DNA from: Mytilus edulis | Taxonomy: Eukaryota | Length of the DNA stretch: 64,000 bases | NCBI RefSeq assembly: GCF_963676685.1 | Contig: NC_092350.1 | Coordinates: 20,274,001 to 20,338,000 of the forward strand | Direction of reading: 5' to 3' | In this document: positions 40,756-53,312 of the stretch, piece after piece | How positions within the stretch are numbered: position 1 is the stretch's first letter | Layout: each line of letters begins with the position of its first letter | Made by a program: the position numbers and the translations under genes | Notes under the pieces: generated by a model | What the model saw: only the letters and a program-made list of their open reading frames with translations | The model's database searches: none | Told to the model about the DNA's origin: nothing

Positions 40756-42533
40756 AACTAGAGGCTCTAAAGAGCCTGTGTCGCTCAACTTGGTCTATGT
40801 GAATATTAAAGGAAGCAGATGGATTCATGATAAAATTGTGTTTTGGTGATGGTGATGTGTTTGTACATCTTACTTTACTGAACATTCTTGCTGCTTAAAA
40901 TTATCTCTATCTATAATGAACTTGGCCCATTAGTTTCAGTGGAAAATGTTAGTAAAAATTTACAAATTTTATGAAAATTGTTAAAAATTGACTATAAAGA
41001 ACAATAACTCCTAAGGGGGTCAATTGACCATTTCAGTCATGTTGACTTATTTGTAAATCTTACTTTGCTGAACATTATTGTTGTTTACAGTTTATCTCTA
41101 TCAATAATAATATTCAAGATAATGACCAAAAACAGCAAAATTTCCTTAAAACTAACAATTCAGGGTCAGCAACCAAACAACGGGTTATCCGATTCATCTA
41201 AAAATTTCAGAGCAGATAAATGTTGACCTGATAAACAATTTTACTCCATGTCAGATTTGCTCTAAATGCTTTGGGTTTTGAGTTGTAAGCCAAAAACTGC
41301 ATTTTATCCCATGTTCTATTTTTAGCCATGGCGGCCATCTTGGTTTGATGGCCGGGTCACCGGACACATTTTTCAAACTACTAACCCAAAAGATGATTGT
41401 GGCCAAGTTTGGATTAATTTGGCCAAGTAGTTTCAGAGGAGAAGATTTTTGTAAAAGATAACTAAGATTTACGAAAAATGGTTAAAAATTGACTATAAAG
41501 GGCAATAACTCCTAAGGGGTCAACTGACCATTTCAGTCATGTTGACTTATTTGTAAATCTTACTTTGCTGAACATTATTGCTGTTTATAGTTTATCTCTA
41601 TCTATAATAATATTCAAGGTAATAACCAAAAAGAGCAAAATTTCCTTAAAATTACTAATTCAGAGCCAGCAACCCAACAACGGGTTATCCGATTCATCTG
41701 AAAATTTCAGGGCAGATAGATCTTGAACTGATAAACAATTTTATCCCATGTCAGATTTGCTCTGAATGCTTTGGGTTTTGAGTTATAAGCCAAAAACTGC
41801 ATTTTACCCCATGTTCTATTTTTAGCCATGGCGGCCATCTTGGTTTGATGGCCAGGTCACCGGACACATTTTTCAAACTACTAACCCAAAAGATGATTGT
41901 GGCCAAGTTTGGATTAATTTGGACCAGTAGTTTCAGAGGAGAAGATTTTTGTAAAAGATTACTAAGATTTACGAAAAATGGTTAAAAATTGACTATAAAG
42001 GGCAATAACTCCTAAAGGGGTCAACTGACCATTTCAGTCATGTTGACTTATTTGTAAATCTTACTTTGCTGAACATTATTGCTGTTTACTGTTTATCTCT
42101 ATCTATAATAATATTCAAGATAATAACCAAAAACAGCAAAATTTCCTTAAAATTACTAATTCAGGGGCAGCAACCCAACAACGGGTTATCCGATTCATCT
42201 GAAAATTTCAGGGCAGATAGATCTTCACCTGTTTAACAATTCTACCCCATGTCAGATTTGCTCTTAATGCTTTGGTTTTTGAGTTATAAGCCAAAAACTG
42301 CATTTTACCCCTATGTTCTATTTTTAGCCATGGCGGCCATCTTGGATGGTTGGCCGTGTCACCGGACACATTTTTTAAACTAGATACCCCAATGATGATT
42401 GTGGCCAAGTTTGGTTTAATTTGGCCCAGTAGTTTCAGAGGAGAAGATTTTTGTAAAAGTTAACGACGACGCCGGACGCCGGACGCCAAGTGATGAGAAA
42501 AGCTCACTTGGCCTTTTAGGCCAGGTGAGCTAA
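40756..42533 (+). mobile_element. Helentron/DINE-like non-autonomous element with ~500-bp internal tandem repeats (3 copies)
   Basis: Starts aactagaggctctaaagagcctgtgtcgctca; unit marker ttaaaaattgactataaag at 40981, 41482 and 41982; gacgccg microsatellite; terminal hairpin agctcacttggcc-tttta-ggccaggtgagct (42501-42531); inserted in an A-run of an older related element (about 40460-43580). Confidence 0.8.
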
Positions 42534-44920
42534 AAAATTGACCCCCACCCCAATTTTTTTTCCACGTCCCCCTTTCTCTTATTCCAAAAATGATCTCAAT
42601 TCAAAATTCTAACGGAGTTTGCAACAATAACTACTCATTTAAATACATCATAAAATATTAAAATATAAAATGTCATACAGTCATGGTTAGAATAAATAGT
42701 AACTTCTAAAAAAATAAATGGGGAATGTGTCCAAAAGGACACAGATGATGCCCCCGCTAGCATATAACGTTATAAAGGGACATAACTCAAGAACTGTAAA
42801 AGTGAAGCAGCCAAAAATTGAACTTAAACTGAGCTTAGAGGTAATAAGCATTATATACACATTTCATTAAATTTAGTTGAGACAAACATAAGTTAAGAGA
42901 ACAGAAACTTAAAAATTCTTCAATTTTTCCACTTGTAAAGGGGCATAACCCTAGAATAATAATCAGAGTGATTGTAATCACTGAATGGTGAAGATTGCTT
43001 TAATTTATCAGTTGGTAGTTAAGTGAATATTGCATTGTATATTGTACATTTTATATAGCCGACAACGTGATACAATATAAGAACGCAAACATTTTGCGGT
43101 CATATAAAAATGGGGACCAAATTAGAAAAAAACTCAATACAGGGTTTGATTCAGCATATTAAAGAACCCCAAGAATTCAAGAATAAAACCCCATTGAAAT
43201 TGGTCTAAAAATAAGCAACTTATACAACATGTACAAAGTATTAGAGAAGTATTGTTTTTGGCCCCTAATTCATAAACAGTTTGTGCCATAACCATGATAA
43301 CCCCCAAAATCAATCCCAACCTGTTTTTTTTTGGTATGGAACCTTCAAGTCCTTGTGGTACAATTTCAGAAAGATCCATACACTTTAATATACACAAGTA
43401 ATTGTCTGGAACCTAGGAAAATACTTATTTTGACCCCTTTTGGGCTCCATGTTCCTAAACTGTTGGGACCATAACCCTAAAATCAATCCCAATCTTCCTT
43501 TTGTGGGTTCAAACCTTGTATTTAAATTTCAAAGAGATAGAGATCCATTTACTTAAACTAAAGTTATTGTACGGAAACTATGTCCAGTGGCAAATATTTT
43601 ATGTATTCAAAACAAGAACAACTTGTCAATTCATAATATACATTGTATAGGCCAGTCTGACTATATATAGCTAGGTAGGTTTGTAATATATACAATGTAA
43701 ATGCTGATTATTTGAACTTCTGAGTGTGTGTGTATGGAGCAGGAGGGGATCAGGACAGGGTAAGGATGCCTTGAAGCATACTTGACATTGGAAAGAGAGA
43801 AAAATAAGCAAGTGTACATGTACAATCATACTTGAGAACAGAGTGCATCAAATTATTTATATATTTACTGCAATTCTGCAGATGAACATACTTTGATATC
43901 AGTTCTTTTTGCAGGACATTCACACCTACATGTACAGTACATGTTCACCAGTGGTTTTAATACTGTACTTTCCATTCTTTTGGTAACAAGCTAAAATTGT
44001 ATAAAATCTAAATTATTTAATCAAGAAGTTCATGAAGTCCAGACAAAAACTAGATGTAGTATGAACATATTGAACTGATGCTCACTAATTTATACCTTTG
44101 CAGAACTATATGTACTTTTACTTTTGAGTGACATGTAAGCAAACAACAGAAAGAAGATCAACAGCTTAGCTAATAAATATATGTACAGTATGAACTTTCT
44201 GGTTTTAATTTATCTATTCTGCTGTATACAGTTAAAAAATCCTTCTAGGCATTAATTACTGTCAGATGTTTATTAGATCTTGTTTTGCTGTTTTAAGTTA
44301 ATAGGCAAAAATGTTAAAATACACCATTTTGATATAGGAAAGACTAAACTCGTGCACATTAGAGCTGGTAGAAGTTTCTATAATTTTGATATTATTTGTC
44401 TCACTACACTAGCACACTACACTGTAAAAATTTTTTGAGAAAGAGCAGGTGCGATTTTTTTAATTTGAATTTAATGCACTACGGAAGAACTGTGTTCTCG
44501 GGCCTGTTGTCATTTGTGTTATAATCCGTACTTCAGGCATTTAACAAAAGAACAACCTTTCAATGTACATGTATCTTGCCAATGTGTGAATAAATTTACT
44601 GTCAAAAAACACGTCTTGTGTGTGTTTTTGTTAGATGCATTTCTGTTTTGTTTACTGTATAGATCTGGTGAGTTAAGCCCTTTTCACATCAATATACATG
44701 TACCAGGTTAGGTGGGTTTTGCACCACAAACTGCTAGCTATATAGTCTAGCCCCCATCACATCCTTCAATTAGTATGTGCCTGTCCCATGTCAGAAGCCT
44801 GTATTTCAGTTTGAATTGTTTTACAAATTTTTCGTTTTCATTTAGGGTCTTTTTATATACCAGACTACTGTAAATTCAGAAATTTGTGAGGTTTTTATTA
44901 GCATGATTATTGCTAAAAAT

Positions 44921-45987
44921 TTGTAAGGGTTCCGTGGAACCCAGTGTCTCGCCTATTTTTGCTGTAAATTGCAGGATCAACAAAAATGAGGGAAAAAATC
45001 AATAAAAATATTCCGCTTGATACCATGTTTGGATTGTAGGAAGCTTCTGTCCAAGTTTGGTAAAAAATCCTGGATAGTTTATGAATCTAATAAATGTTTT
45101 AAAAACTTTAACTCCAGACTGGATGTAATGTTAACTGGAAGAAAAACTAAGTCCATTTATAAGTAAAATAAAGATACACAGGTACAAAATATTAACAAAA
45201 TTTCCTTGTAGATACTAGCTTTTGATCATAAACAAGCTTCTGTCTTAGTTTGGTACAAATAAAAAATAGTATAAGAAAGTTATCAAAATTTTTAAAAATT
45301 TAACCAGAGTGAAAGTGTTGTTTCCTGGCAGAAAAAAAGTCCATTTAAAGTAAAATATGGAAAAAATGGATTTGTCATTTTACAAAATTTACTTCTGGAT
45401 ACTATCTTATGATCATAAACAAACTTCTGTCCAAGTTTGGTACAAACCAAGGATAGTTTAAGAGAGTTATTAAAATTTTAATAACTACAATCACAGAGTG
45501 ATGTAATGTGTTCCCGCAGAAAAACTAAGTGCATTTATAAGTACAATATGGAAAAAATGGAAAAAATGGAATTTTATTTTCACAAAATTTACTTCTGGAT
45601 ACTATCTTATGATCATAAATAAGCTTCTGTCCAAGTTTGGTAGAAATCCAGGATAGTTTAAGAAAGTTATTTAAATTTTAAAAACTTTAAACCACAGAGT
45701 GTATGTAACATGTGTAATGTTTTCCCGCAAAAAAACAAAATCCATTTATCATGTTTATAAGTAAAATACGGAAAAAATGGAGTTTCATTTTCACAAAATT
45801 TACTTCTGGATACTATCTTATGATCATAAACAAGCTTCTGTCCAAGTTTAGTAGAAATCCAGTATGGTTTAAGAAAGTTATTAAAATTTTAAAAACTTTA
45901 ACCACAGAGTGAATATTTGTGGACGCCATCACCGACGACGGAATGTAGGATCGCTTAGTCTCGCTTTTTCGAAAGGCTCGACAAAAA
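44921..45987 (+). mobile_element. Helentron/DINE-like element with ~190-220-bp internal tandem repeats
   Basis: gggttccgtggaaccc palindrome at the start; repeated unit gatcataaacaagcttctgtccaagtttggta; gacgcc/gacg microsatellite and a terminal hairpin-like end. Confidence 0.72.
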
Positions 45988-46114
45988 TAGGACAGAGTTT
46001 AGTTTTAAACGCAATAATTTAAACTCGCATTTTGAAATATTTTTTATGAATTTAACAGGATTTTTCTCAAAATCCTAAAAATTAAACTTGCATTTAAGTC
46101 TTAAATGATAAAAT

Positions 46115-46264
46115 CAGAGGTGGATTTAGGTGGGGGCCAGGGCCCCCCTTTTCTTGGAAAAATTTGGTTGATTATATAGGGAATCACTGAATCATGACCG
46201 GAGCGGGCCCCCTCTTAGGCAGTCAGTTGGTCCTCACTTATGAAAATTTCTGGATCTGCCACTG
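46115..46264. mobile_element. GC-rich MITE (CAGTGGCGGATCC family) with 5-bp TSD AAAAT
   Basis: cagaggtggattt...ggatctgccactg flanked by aaaat on both sides. Confidence 0.8.
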
Positions 46265-47726
46265 AAAATGGCAATGGTGGCAATAATAAATGCACACAAT
46301 ATTTCAGAATTTACAGTATATATGGTATAATGTATAGGCTTTGCTGATTGTTAAAGGATGTATAATGACGTATAGTTGTTAACTTTGATGTCATTTGATC
46401 TCTGATGGAGAGTTGTCTTTTCTCATTAGTGTTAACAATTTTTTTTTTTAAATAATTAGGTTATTTAAACATTACAATATAAGACACTTTTATTAGTATT
46501 AGGATTGGAAAACAAGTGAATTTTTACTTTTACAAATTCCTCTCATTTCTTATTGGCAATCATACATTTTCTTATTTTTATATTTACATTACCTTTCATC
46601 TTCTTGAGCAGTCCACCTCCTCAGTACAACAATGGGGTCCTAAAAGCATGATTTTGAGTTGGCTAAAAAACCTATAAGATATATTATGATACAATTAACA
46701 GGTTTCTTTACAATTATCTGGCAAATCACTAAAAAAATTAAGCATATATATAAGAGTAGTTAAATAAATGTATTCTCTAATAAATAAGTACATTTCCCCA
46801 GTTGACAAGGCAAACTAAGGAGGGAGCCGCAATATTGAATTGATTGGATCAACAAAGGTTCGATTTACTACAATGTTGTCATTAATAGAACAACACCATC
46901 TCCAATTCACTGTTTTACAGTGATTTTATCCAAATTTGAATCGAAGAGGCAACTTATTAACCTCCAATTTGTAAGTTTTCATTTGTATGAAGTCATATTT
47001 AGCCATGACGTCTTTGCGCGAAAATCATTCATAAAGTTTCACGGATTTTTTTTGTATGTCAAATTTATACATTTTTTCAAACTCCAGCGTATTATATCTT
47101 TTTGTTATCATGGTTATGAATTAGAATCGGAATACCAGTACTGTAGTCGAAGAGTTGTCACCGTCAATTGTGGATTTGACGGTTGCAAATGCAGTTTTAC
47201 TGGTGACAGTCACATTTTTTTTTAAATCTGGGTAGATAAGTTTTCATTTTTTAAAGTAGGGCAAGTTGGCAGACCTTTATAACATATATATAATTTTTTT
47301 AAATCCCACCTGCGGTTTCTCAATGAAATTTTTACAGTGTGCTGTACTACTTTTGGAACAAATTATATCAAAATTATAGAAAACTTCATCGGCTCTAACT
47401 CAAAATATGGACAATTTTATATATAGGGCGTCTTGAAATCTTTTGACAGCTTCTGAGGTGCTAATTTTTAACCTTTTTCAGCTGGACTAAACTTTACTTT
47501 CCTAAAAAAAAATAAGGGACCCAAATTTTTTTACACTATACATGTAAATTAATTTCACCCCCTTTCTTGCAATTTGAGGCATTAAATATGGAGAAATAAT
47601 TTTGGAAGGGGTATAAAAATTAATGGCAAGTAACCCACTGTCAACACTAGGGACTATATTCGTGAATAACGAAAATCAAAGGACGACAATTGCGGTCACG
47701 GATCTTATGCATCTTTATTGACAACA

Positions 47727-48938
47727 TAGAGTGCCGCCTGTGGGGTGCTCATTTTCGCCACATCTTTCCATGTTTTCTACAGTTTATGTTCAGGTCTAAA
47801 TGTTTTTGAAGTATACTGATATTTCTATATGAAGATAACTTCAAATGCAAAATATACTTAAGGTGGTATGGGAGTCTAAAATAAAAATGATAGAATTTGT
47901 TCATACTTTGCCAAAACGTAGTATCTATTGATAAATGTTCAAAAATAGAATAAAAACGATAGGTCACCGCGCATTTTCTCAAGCCACAGGACGTGACAAA
48001 ATGACACATTTTGTATGGATTATACAGGAAAAGACACCATTTTGTGATTAGAAACTAAACAAAATGATAGAATTGTTAAATACTTAAGGAAAAGATGGCT
48101 TTCAGACAATGTTTTGAGAATATCAAAAGAAAAGATATGGTCACCGTAGGTTTTTTCCGGTTAAAATACAAAATAGGAAAATTTCATGTAGAATACTTCA
48201 GAAAATGCACTGTTTTAGAGTTACCTCCCCTTTAAATGCCAATTTAATTTTTTTTTAAAAACAACCAAAAATAATCAACATTTGCAAAAATATTAATATT
48301 TATAAGTTATAATCTTATAAATTGGTTCTTTTAAATGAAAATTTACATTAAATATCTGCATTCCTGCATCAAATTTTGCTAGCTTGATAGAAAATATGGA
48401 CCTTTGATTCTCTGTTTTTTACAATCCAAGATGGAGGAAGACACCAATACCACCTTAAGCTTGAAAACCGGTTTGTTTTAAGAAAATCATCTGAAAAGTT
48501 ATATTAAAGGGTGTTTGAAATTTCCGGATGTTTTGTCAATGGGGGACACATATTCGCCGTTTTTACACATCTATTTAAAACCAAATAACCGCAGCTTTTA
48601 ACAATTTTTATCAAATCAATTGTATTATAGATGAATAGCAGACATTTCAAAGGTATAAAGAATTCAAAATTAGGGCATTCAGTCAAATATTTACTTAGAA
48701 ATACTTCTTTGAAATCGTGATTTTTATTCAGGAAATTGTCCGAAAATCGTTGTCCGTTTTTCTGTCATTTTCGGTAGGAGCCACAATTTTGTCTCAGTTT
48801 AAAAAAATATTATATTTGTTATAAAAATATAATTTACGGGTACATTTCTTCCATTTCAGCCATCCTTTGAAGTTTTTACACCTCAAAACCCTTAAACGGC
48901 GAAATTGTGTCCCCGGCGAAAATGAGCACCCCACTCTA
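47727..48938. mobile_element. Non-autonomous TIR element
   Basis: tagagtg...tggggtgctcattttcgcc at the left, ggcgaaaatgagcaccccactcta at the right. Confidence 0.7.
47862..48454. mobile_element. TTAA-flanked MITE (Kolobok-like)
   Basis: TTAA|ggtggtatgggagtct ... agacaccaataccacc|TTAA; GG..CC termini. Confidence 0.78.
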
Positions 48939-49259
48939 TACCATGTATACAGTAAAAAAAGAATATGAACTCGTGATACACACAGAAACCTTAACAAAAG
49001 AAATGAGCAGTGCCTTTTCCTATCATAAAAAAGTGCCCTGCCCTCCACCCCTTTTGATTTCTAGCTGGAGCACTGTATATATATTGATGTTGTATGGTTG
49101 TATTCATTTAGATTTTTCCCACGTAAGGTGAGTTGCCACTGTCATGATTGTTGGCAGGAGTATAATTAGGGATTGAAGTATGAGCATAAAAGATTTATTT
49201 AAAGTCAGTTATGATACTTACTTAATGATACTTAATGATGTTTTCCAGTACAGGATCCT

Positions 49260-52200
49260 TCACGGTTCCTCTTCACCAGACTCATATAATTGAATATTAT
49301 CTCCATTATTTCTGATGCTGCTTCCGGTTAATTCAGCTCGATAATCAGAATAATAGATTTCTTCGTACTCCCAGTATCTATCTAGCCTATTTTTGAATGA
49401 GTTTATAGATGGCGCTTTAGTTACTTTATCTGGTAACTTGTTCCATAATTTGGCTATTCTTACAGAAAAACTGTTTTTCCTCAGACTTGTTTTGAATCGT
49501 TGGTGGATGATTTTATTACTGTTTACTCTTGTGCTATGTCTATTTTCAGTGCTTGAAATTAATTTAAGGAATGAACTTGTTTCTGGATCGTAATTACCAT
49601 TTAGTATCTTATATGTCTCAATCATGTCCCCTCGGACCCTTCTATATGACAATGTTGGCAGCTTGAGTTTTTTCAGTCTTTCCGGGTAGCTCAATTTATT
49701 GAAACCTGGTATCTGTCGTGTTGCCCTTTTTTGTACATTTTCGATTTTGTCGATGGATTTCTTTTTAAAAGGTGACCATACAGAGCTAGCATAGTCTAAG
49801 TGTGTTCGCACTAATGTTTTGTATAGAGGTATGAAGATTTTTTCGTTTAAGTTTTTAAATGTCCTTCTAATTGCGGCAAAAGTTGAATTAGCTTTATTCA
49901 CTTTTTCGCATATGTGTCTTTCAAAGGTTAGATCTTCATCAATTACTACTCCAATATCTTTCTCTTCTTGACATTTACTTATATCATGACCTAATAGTTT
50001 GTAACTTGTCTTTTCTTCCCTTACCCCTCTACTTATATTTATGTGTTTGCATTTTTCTGGATGGAACTTTAACAGCCATGTATCACTCCATTTCTCGAGA
50101 TTTTTTAGATCATCTTGCAATATAATTTGATCTGTTTTGCTTTCAATAATTCTGAAGATTTTTGTGTCATCCGCGAATAAGTAGGCATCTGATGTCACGC
50201 AATCTGGCAAATCATTTATGTATAGAACAAATAACAGGGGACCTAATACTGAGCCTTGTGGAATTCCTGAGGTTACATCTTTCCACTCTGGTGTTTCCCC
50301 ATTAACTGAAACTCGTTGTTTTCTATACGATAGAAAATCTGTTATCCACTCTAGGAATGGATTAGTTATCCCAAAATTTTCGATTTTCTTAACGAGTCGT
50401 CTATGGGGTACCGTATCAAAGGCTTTCATGAAGTCTGTATATATGCAGTCAATCTCATAACCATTGTCTATAGCTTCTGTCCATTTATCTATTACCTCTA
50501 ATAGTTGTAGTGATGTCGATCTCCCAGAGATAAATCCGTATTGTTTGTTTGAAAATAGTTTATTTTCTTTCATGTAATTAATTATATGTTCTCTTATTAT
50601 TTTCTCCATTATTTTACAGACGACTGATGTGAGACTTACTGGTCTATAATTTTTAGCTTGTGATTTATTCCCTTTTTTGAATATTGCACTCACTAGGGCG
50701 CTTTTCCAATCCTTTGGAACTACTTTTTGTGTTAAAGATTGGCTAAAAATGATGCCAAGTGGTTCAGCTATACCTTCTTTGACTTCAAACAGCAGTCTTG
50801 GGTGTAAATTATCAGGGCCGGGTGATTTATCCGTTTTTATTTTTTGTAGGTGTTTCAAAACCAATTCAGTGCCAATATTTAATTCCTCTATTTTTTTGTC
50901 TAATGGAATGTGCTTAGGCTCTGGAATATTGCCTTGTGGTTCATTAGTGAATACGCTTGTAAAATATTCTGATAGTATCTCGGCCTTTTGTTTATTGTCA
51001 TCTGTTTTTTCGGATTTTACATCTTCTGTATCTACATGAAGGTCCCCTATACCTTCCCTGGTCTTTGATTTAGATTTTATGTAGCTCCATATAGCCTTTG
51101 GGTTTCTTTTGGCATTTTCAGATAATCCTTTTTCGAATAATTTCTTTTGTTTATTGACTGATGTTTTGGCCTGGTTTCTGACTTTATTGTATTCAGCTCT
51201 TGTTTCAGGATCTTGTTTAGTTATAATTTTTTTGGATAGAATATTTTTCCTTCTAATTAACTCCCTCGTCTTTTTATCTATGGGGAATACATTTCTCTTT
51301 TTTCCTATTTGTGTCATAGTTTTTGTTGGTACAAATCTGCTCTCTAATTCTTTTAAAATGGTTAAAAAATAATTCCAATTTTTATCAATGGAATTTTCAG
51401 CATTAAGCTTATTATGCCAGTCTATTTTATTCAGCTCTTGAATAAATTCTTTGTAATTTCCATGGTTGTACAGATTAGCTATTTTCGGTGCTCTTTTTAT
51501 ATTTACATAACAGTTAAAATCAAAGGATAGGACGCAGTGGTCACTTTTTCCAAGCGGGCTCATATATTCTAGGTTTGAAATCATCTCTTCTTCATTTGTG
51601 ATTAGTAAGTCAAGTGTATGGGGTGTGTCAGCTCCTCTCCATCTTGTTGGTTTTGTTGTGTGTTGGTACAGAAAATTATCTTGTAGTGCTTCCAGAAATT
51701 TATTTTCAGTGCTGTTTGGTCTATCCCCCTTTGTGTTCCATGTTTCCCAGTTTATTTCAGGATAATTAAAATCTCCCATGATGAGTATGTGTGAGTACCC
51801 CATATCTGTTGCCTCTGACATTAGGTCTACTAGCTTATCATTGTATTCCTTGGAACTGTTGGATGGGGTTCTATATATCAGACCCACAAGGAGTTTGTCA
51901 TTTTGATTAAGTTTTACTTTTATAAATAAATTTTCCTGAAACTCTGTCTTCATTGTAATTTCTGTAGCTTCTAGATTGGAGTCTACATACATTAAAAGGC
52001 CTCGTCCTTCATCTGACTTTATGTTTTTCTCAAACATTTTGTAATTTCCTACCTCTGGTATTGAATATTCCGCTGTTGATGGTTTATATCTATTAGCTTT
52101 CGGTTTTACTTCTGTTATCCCAATGATATTTGGTTTGTTGTCTCTTGTACGAACGATCAATTCTGACATTTTGTTGAATAGCTGATCTGCATTTGTATAA

Positions 52201-52334
52201 AAACAGTTCAATTTTGGTAGAACTGTAAAGTTATTTACATTGCCGTTAAAAACCTTTCCCTTCTTTTGTACATTTATAAGTACATTTTTTGTGTCTCTTT
52301 TCACCTTTTTATTTTTACTACTTTCCTCGCCCAT
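49260..52334 (-). CDS. LINE ORF2: APE endonuclease plus reverse transcriptase (CR1 clade), 1024 aa
   Basis: APE motifs CFYTNA, GITE, IYRTP, MGDFNYP, LDL and SDH; RT motifs KSPGPD, NYRPVSLTS, DFMKAFDTV, GIPQGSVLGP and LFADDTK; CR1-type C-terminus (ENVQKRAT, RRVRGDMI, WNKLP, FKNRLD). No stops. Confidence 0.96.
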   Translation of the reverse strand: MGEESSKNKKVKRDTKNVLINVQKKGKVFNGNVNNFTVLPKLNCFYTNADQLFNKMSELIVRTRDNKPNIIGITEVKPKANRYKPSTAEYSIPEVGNYKMFEKNIKSDEGRGLLMYVDSNLEATEITMKTEFQENLFIKVKLNQNDKLLVGLIYRTPSNSSKEYNDKLVDLMSEATDMGYSHILIMGDFNYPEINWETWNTKGDRPNSTENKFLEALQDNFLYQHTTKPTRWRGADTPHTLDLLITNEEEMISNLEYMSPLGKSDHCVLSFDFNCYVNIKRAPKIANLYNHGNYKEFIQELNKIDWHNKLNAENSIDKNWNYFLTILKELESRFVPTKTMTQIGKKRNVFPIDKKTRELIRRKNILSKKIITKQDPETRAEYNKVRNQAKTSVNKQKKLFEKGLSENAKRNPKAIWSYIKSKSKTREGIGDLHVDTEDVKSEKTDDNKQKAEILSEYFTSVFTNEPQGNIPEPKHIPLDKKIEELNIGTELVLKHLQKIKTDKSPGPDNLHPRLLFEVKEGIAEPLGIIFSQSLTQKVVPKDWKSALVSAIFKKGNKSQAKNYRPVSLTSVVCKIMEKIIREHIINYMKENKLFSNKQYGFISGRSTSLQLLEVIDKWTEAIDNGYEIDCIYTDFMKAFDTVPHRRLVKKIENFGITNPFLEWITDFLSYRKQRVSVNGETPEWKDVTSGIPQGSVLGPLLFVLYINDLPDCVTSDAYLFADDTKIFRIIESKTDQIILQDDLKNLEKWSDTWLLKFHPEKCKHINISRGVREEKTSYKLLGHDISKCQEEKDIGVVIDEDLTFERHICEKVNKANSTFAAIRRTFKNLNEKIFIPLYKTLVRTHLDYASSVWSPFKKKSIDKIENVQKRATRQIPGFNKLSYPERLKKLKLPTLSYRRVRGDMIETYKILNGNYDPETSSFLKLISSTENRHSTRVNSNKIIHQRFKTSLRKNSFSVRIAKLWNKLPDKVTKAPSINSFKNRLDRYWEYEEIYYSDYRAELTGSSIRNNGDNIQLYESGEEEP

Positions 52335-53278
52335 GGCGGTCCTCGTACTTTGAACAGGAAGTCCCCCGAGTTGTTTTCTTGAAGTTTTTTTGCCTCAGCC
52401 CACAGTCTCTTTTCTTCTTCTCTCTCACTTTTAGTAAGGTCATTGCTTACATTTACTTTTTGGTATTTGGGATATGATCTAATATAATGCATGTTTCTAA
52501 ATAGGGTTAGTTTTGAGTCTATGCTCTTCAAATGGACTAATAGAGGTCTGTTTGTTTTTTCTTTATCATATTTCCCTAGTCTTTGTGTTTTTCTGATGTT
52601 TTCAATATCCAATGTTATCTTGGCATCTTTAAAGAGTTGGACTATATTTTCTACATCATGTTCTATTCTTTCTTGTTTATTTTCCGACTCATTTTCTGTT
52701 ATCCCAAATATGATCAGATTATTTTCCCTTGTTTTTCTCTCATTTATTTCCTCTAGTACTGTGGTTACTGTTCCTTGATTTGGTAGCACTCCACCTTCAA
52801 TATCCTCGGATACAACATTAGCTACTGCCCCTCCATTTAATGCTTCTTCTTTAGCTATTTCTCTTACTCTTTCCTCGTCACATTTGTGTTTTATAATCTC
52901 CTGGCTAACTATATCTCTTACTTCTTCTTTATCACATTTCTTTTCTATGGCGATTTCTATGTCATTTATTCTTTGCTCGTAGTTGTCCATGATCTCTCGG
53001 CATCTCTCTTCGATTTTCAGATCAGTAACTATGTGTTCTTCAACTACTTGTCTACATGGGGCGCAGAACCACATTGTGTCTGAGTTACTTAATATTTCAT
53101 ATTCAGTTTTTGATTTATTTAAACACTTTATGCAGAAATGCTCTTTACATCTTTGACATTCAAGGAGTTTAGCGTCTTCATTTTTATATATCTTTTGGCA
53201 TATTTTGCATTCCCATGGGTCTTCCTTTTTTTGATCGCTTGTTGCATTTGAGGTAGATTTATTCCTTCTTGTTGCCAT
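52301..53278 (-). CDS. LINE ORF1: PHD-type zinc finger, coiled coil and RRM-like domain, 325 aa
   Basis: CKIC...CQRCKEHFCIKC...WFCAPC (Cys at the usual His position), charged helical region, RENNLIIFGITE, RLGK...RPLLV and NDLT..ER motifs typical of CR1/L2 ORF1. Confidence 0.92.
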   Translation of the reverse strand: MATRRNKSTSNATSDQKKEDPWECKICQKIYKNEDAKLLECQRCKEHFCIKCLNKSKTEYEILSNSDTMWFCAPCRQVVEEHIVTDLKIEERCREIMDNYEQRINDIEIAIEKKCDKEEVRDIVSQEIIKHKCDEERVREIAKEEALNGGAVANVVSEDIEGGVLPNQGTVTTVLEEINERKTRENNLIIFGITENESENKQERIEHDVENIVQLFKDAKITLDIENIRKTQRLGKYDKEKTNRPLLVHLKSIDSKLTLFRNMHYIRSYPKYQKVNVSNDLTKSEREEEKRLWAEAKKLQENNSGDFLFKVRGPPWARKVVKIKR

Positions 53279-53312
53279 AGCTACTACTATAGTTGATTTA
53301 TTTATTTTTATA

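Larger units (their letters stand above)
44866..46318. mobile_element. TA-flanked MITE (tactgtaaattc...gaatttacagta) containing two younger insertions
   Basis: 12-bp inverted ends including TA; it splits a SINE-like repeat whose halves lie at about 44760-44860 and 46320-46430. Confidence 0.72.
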
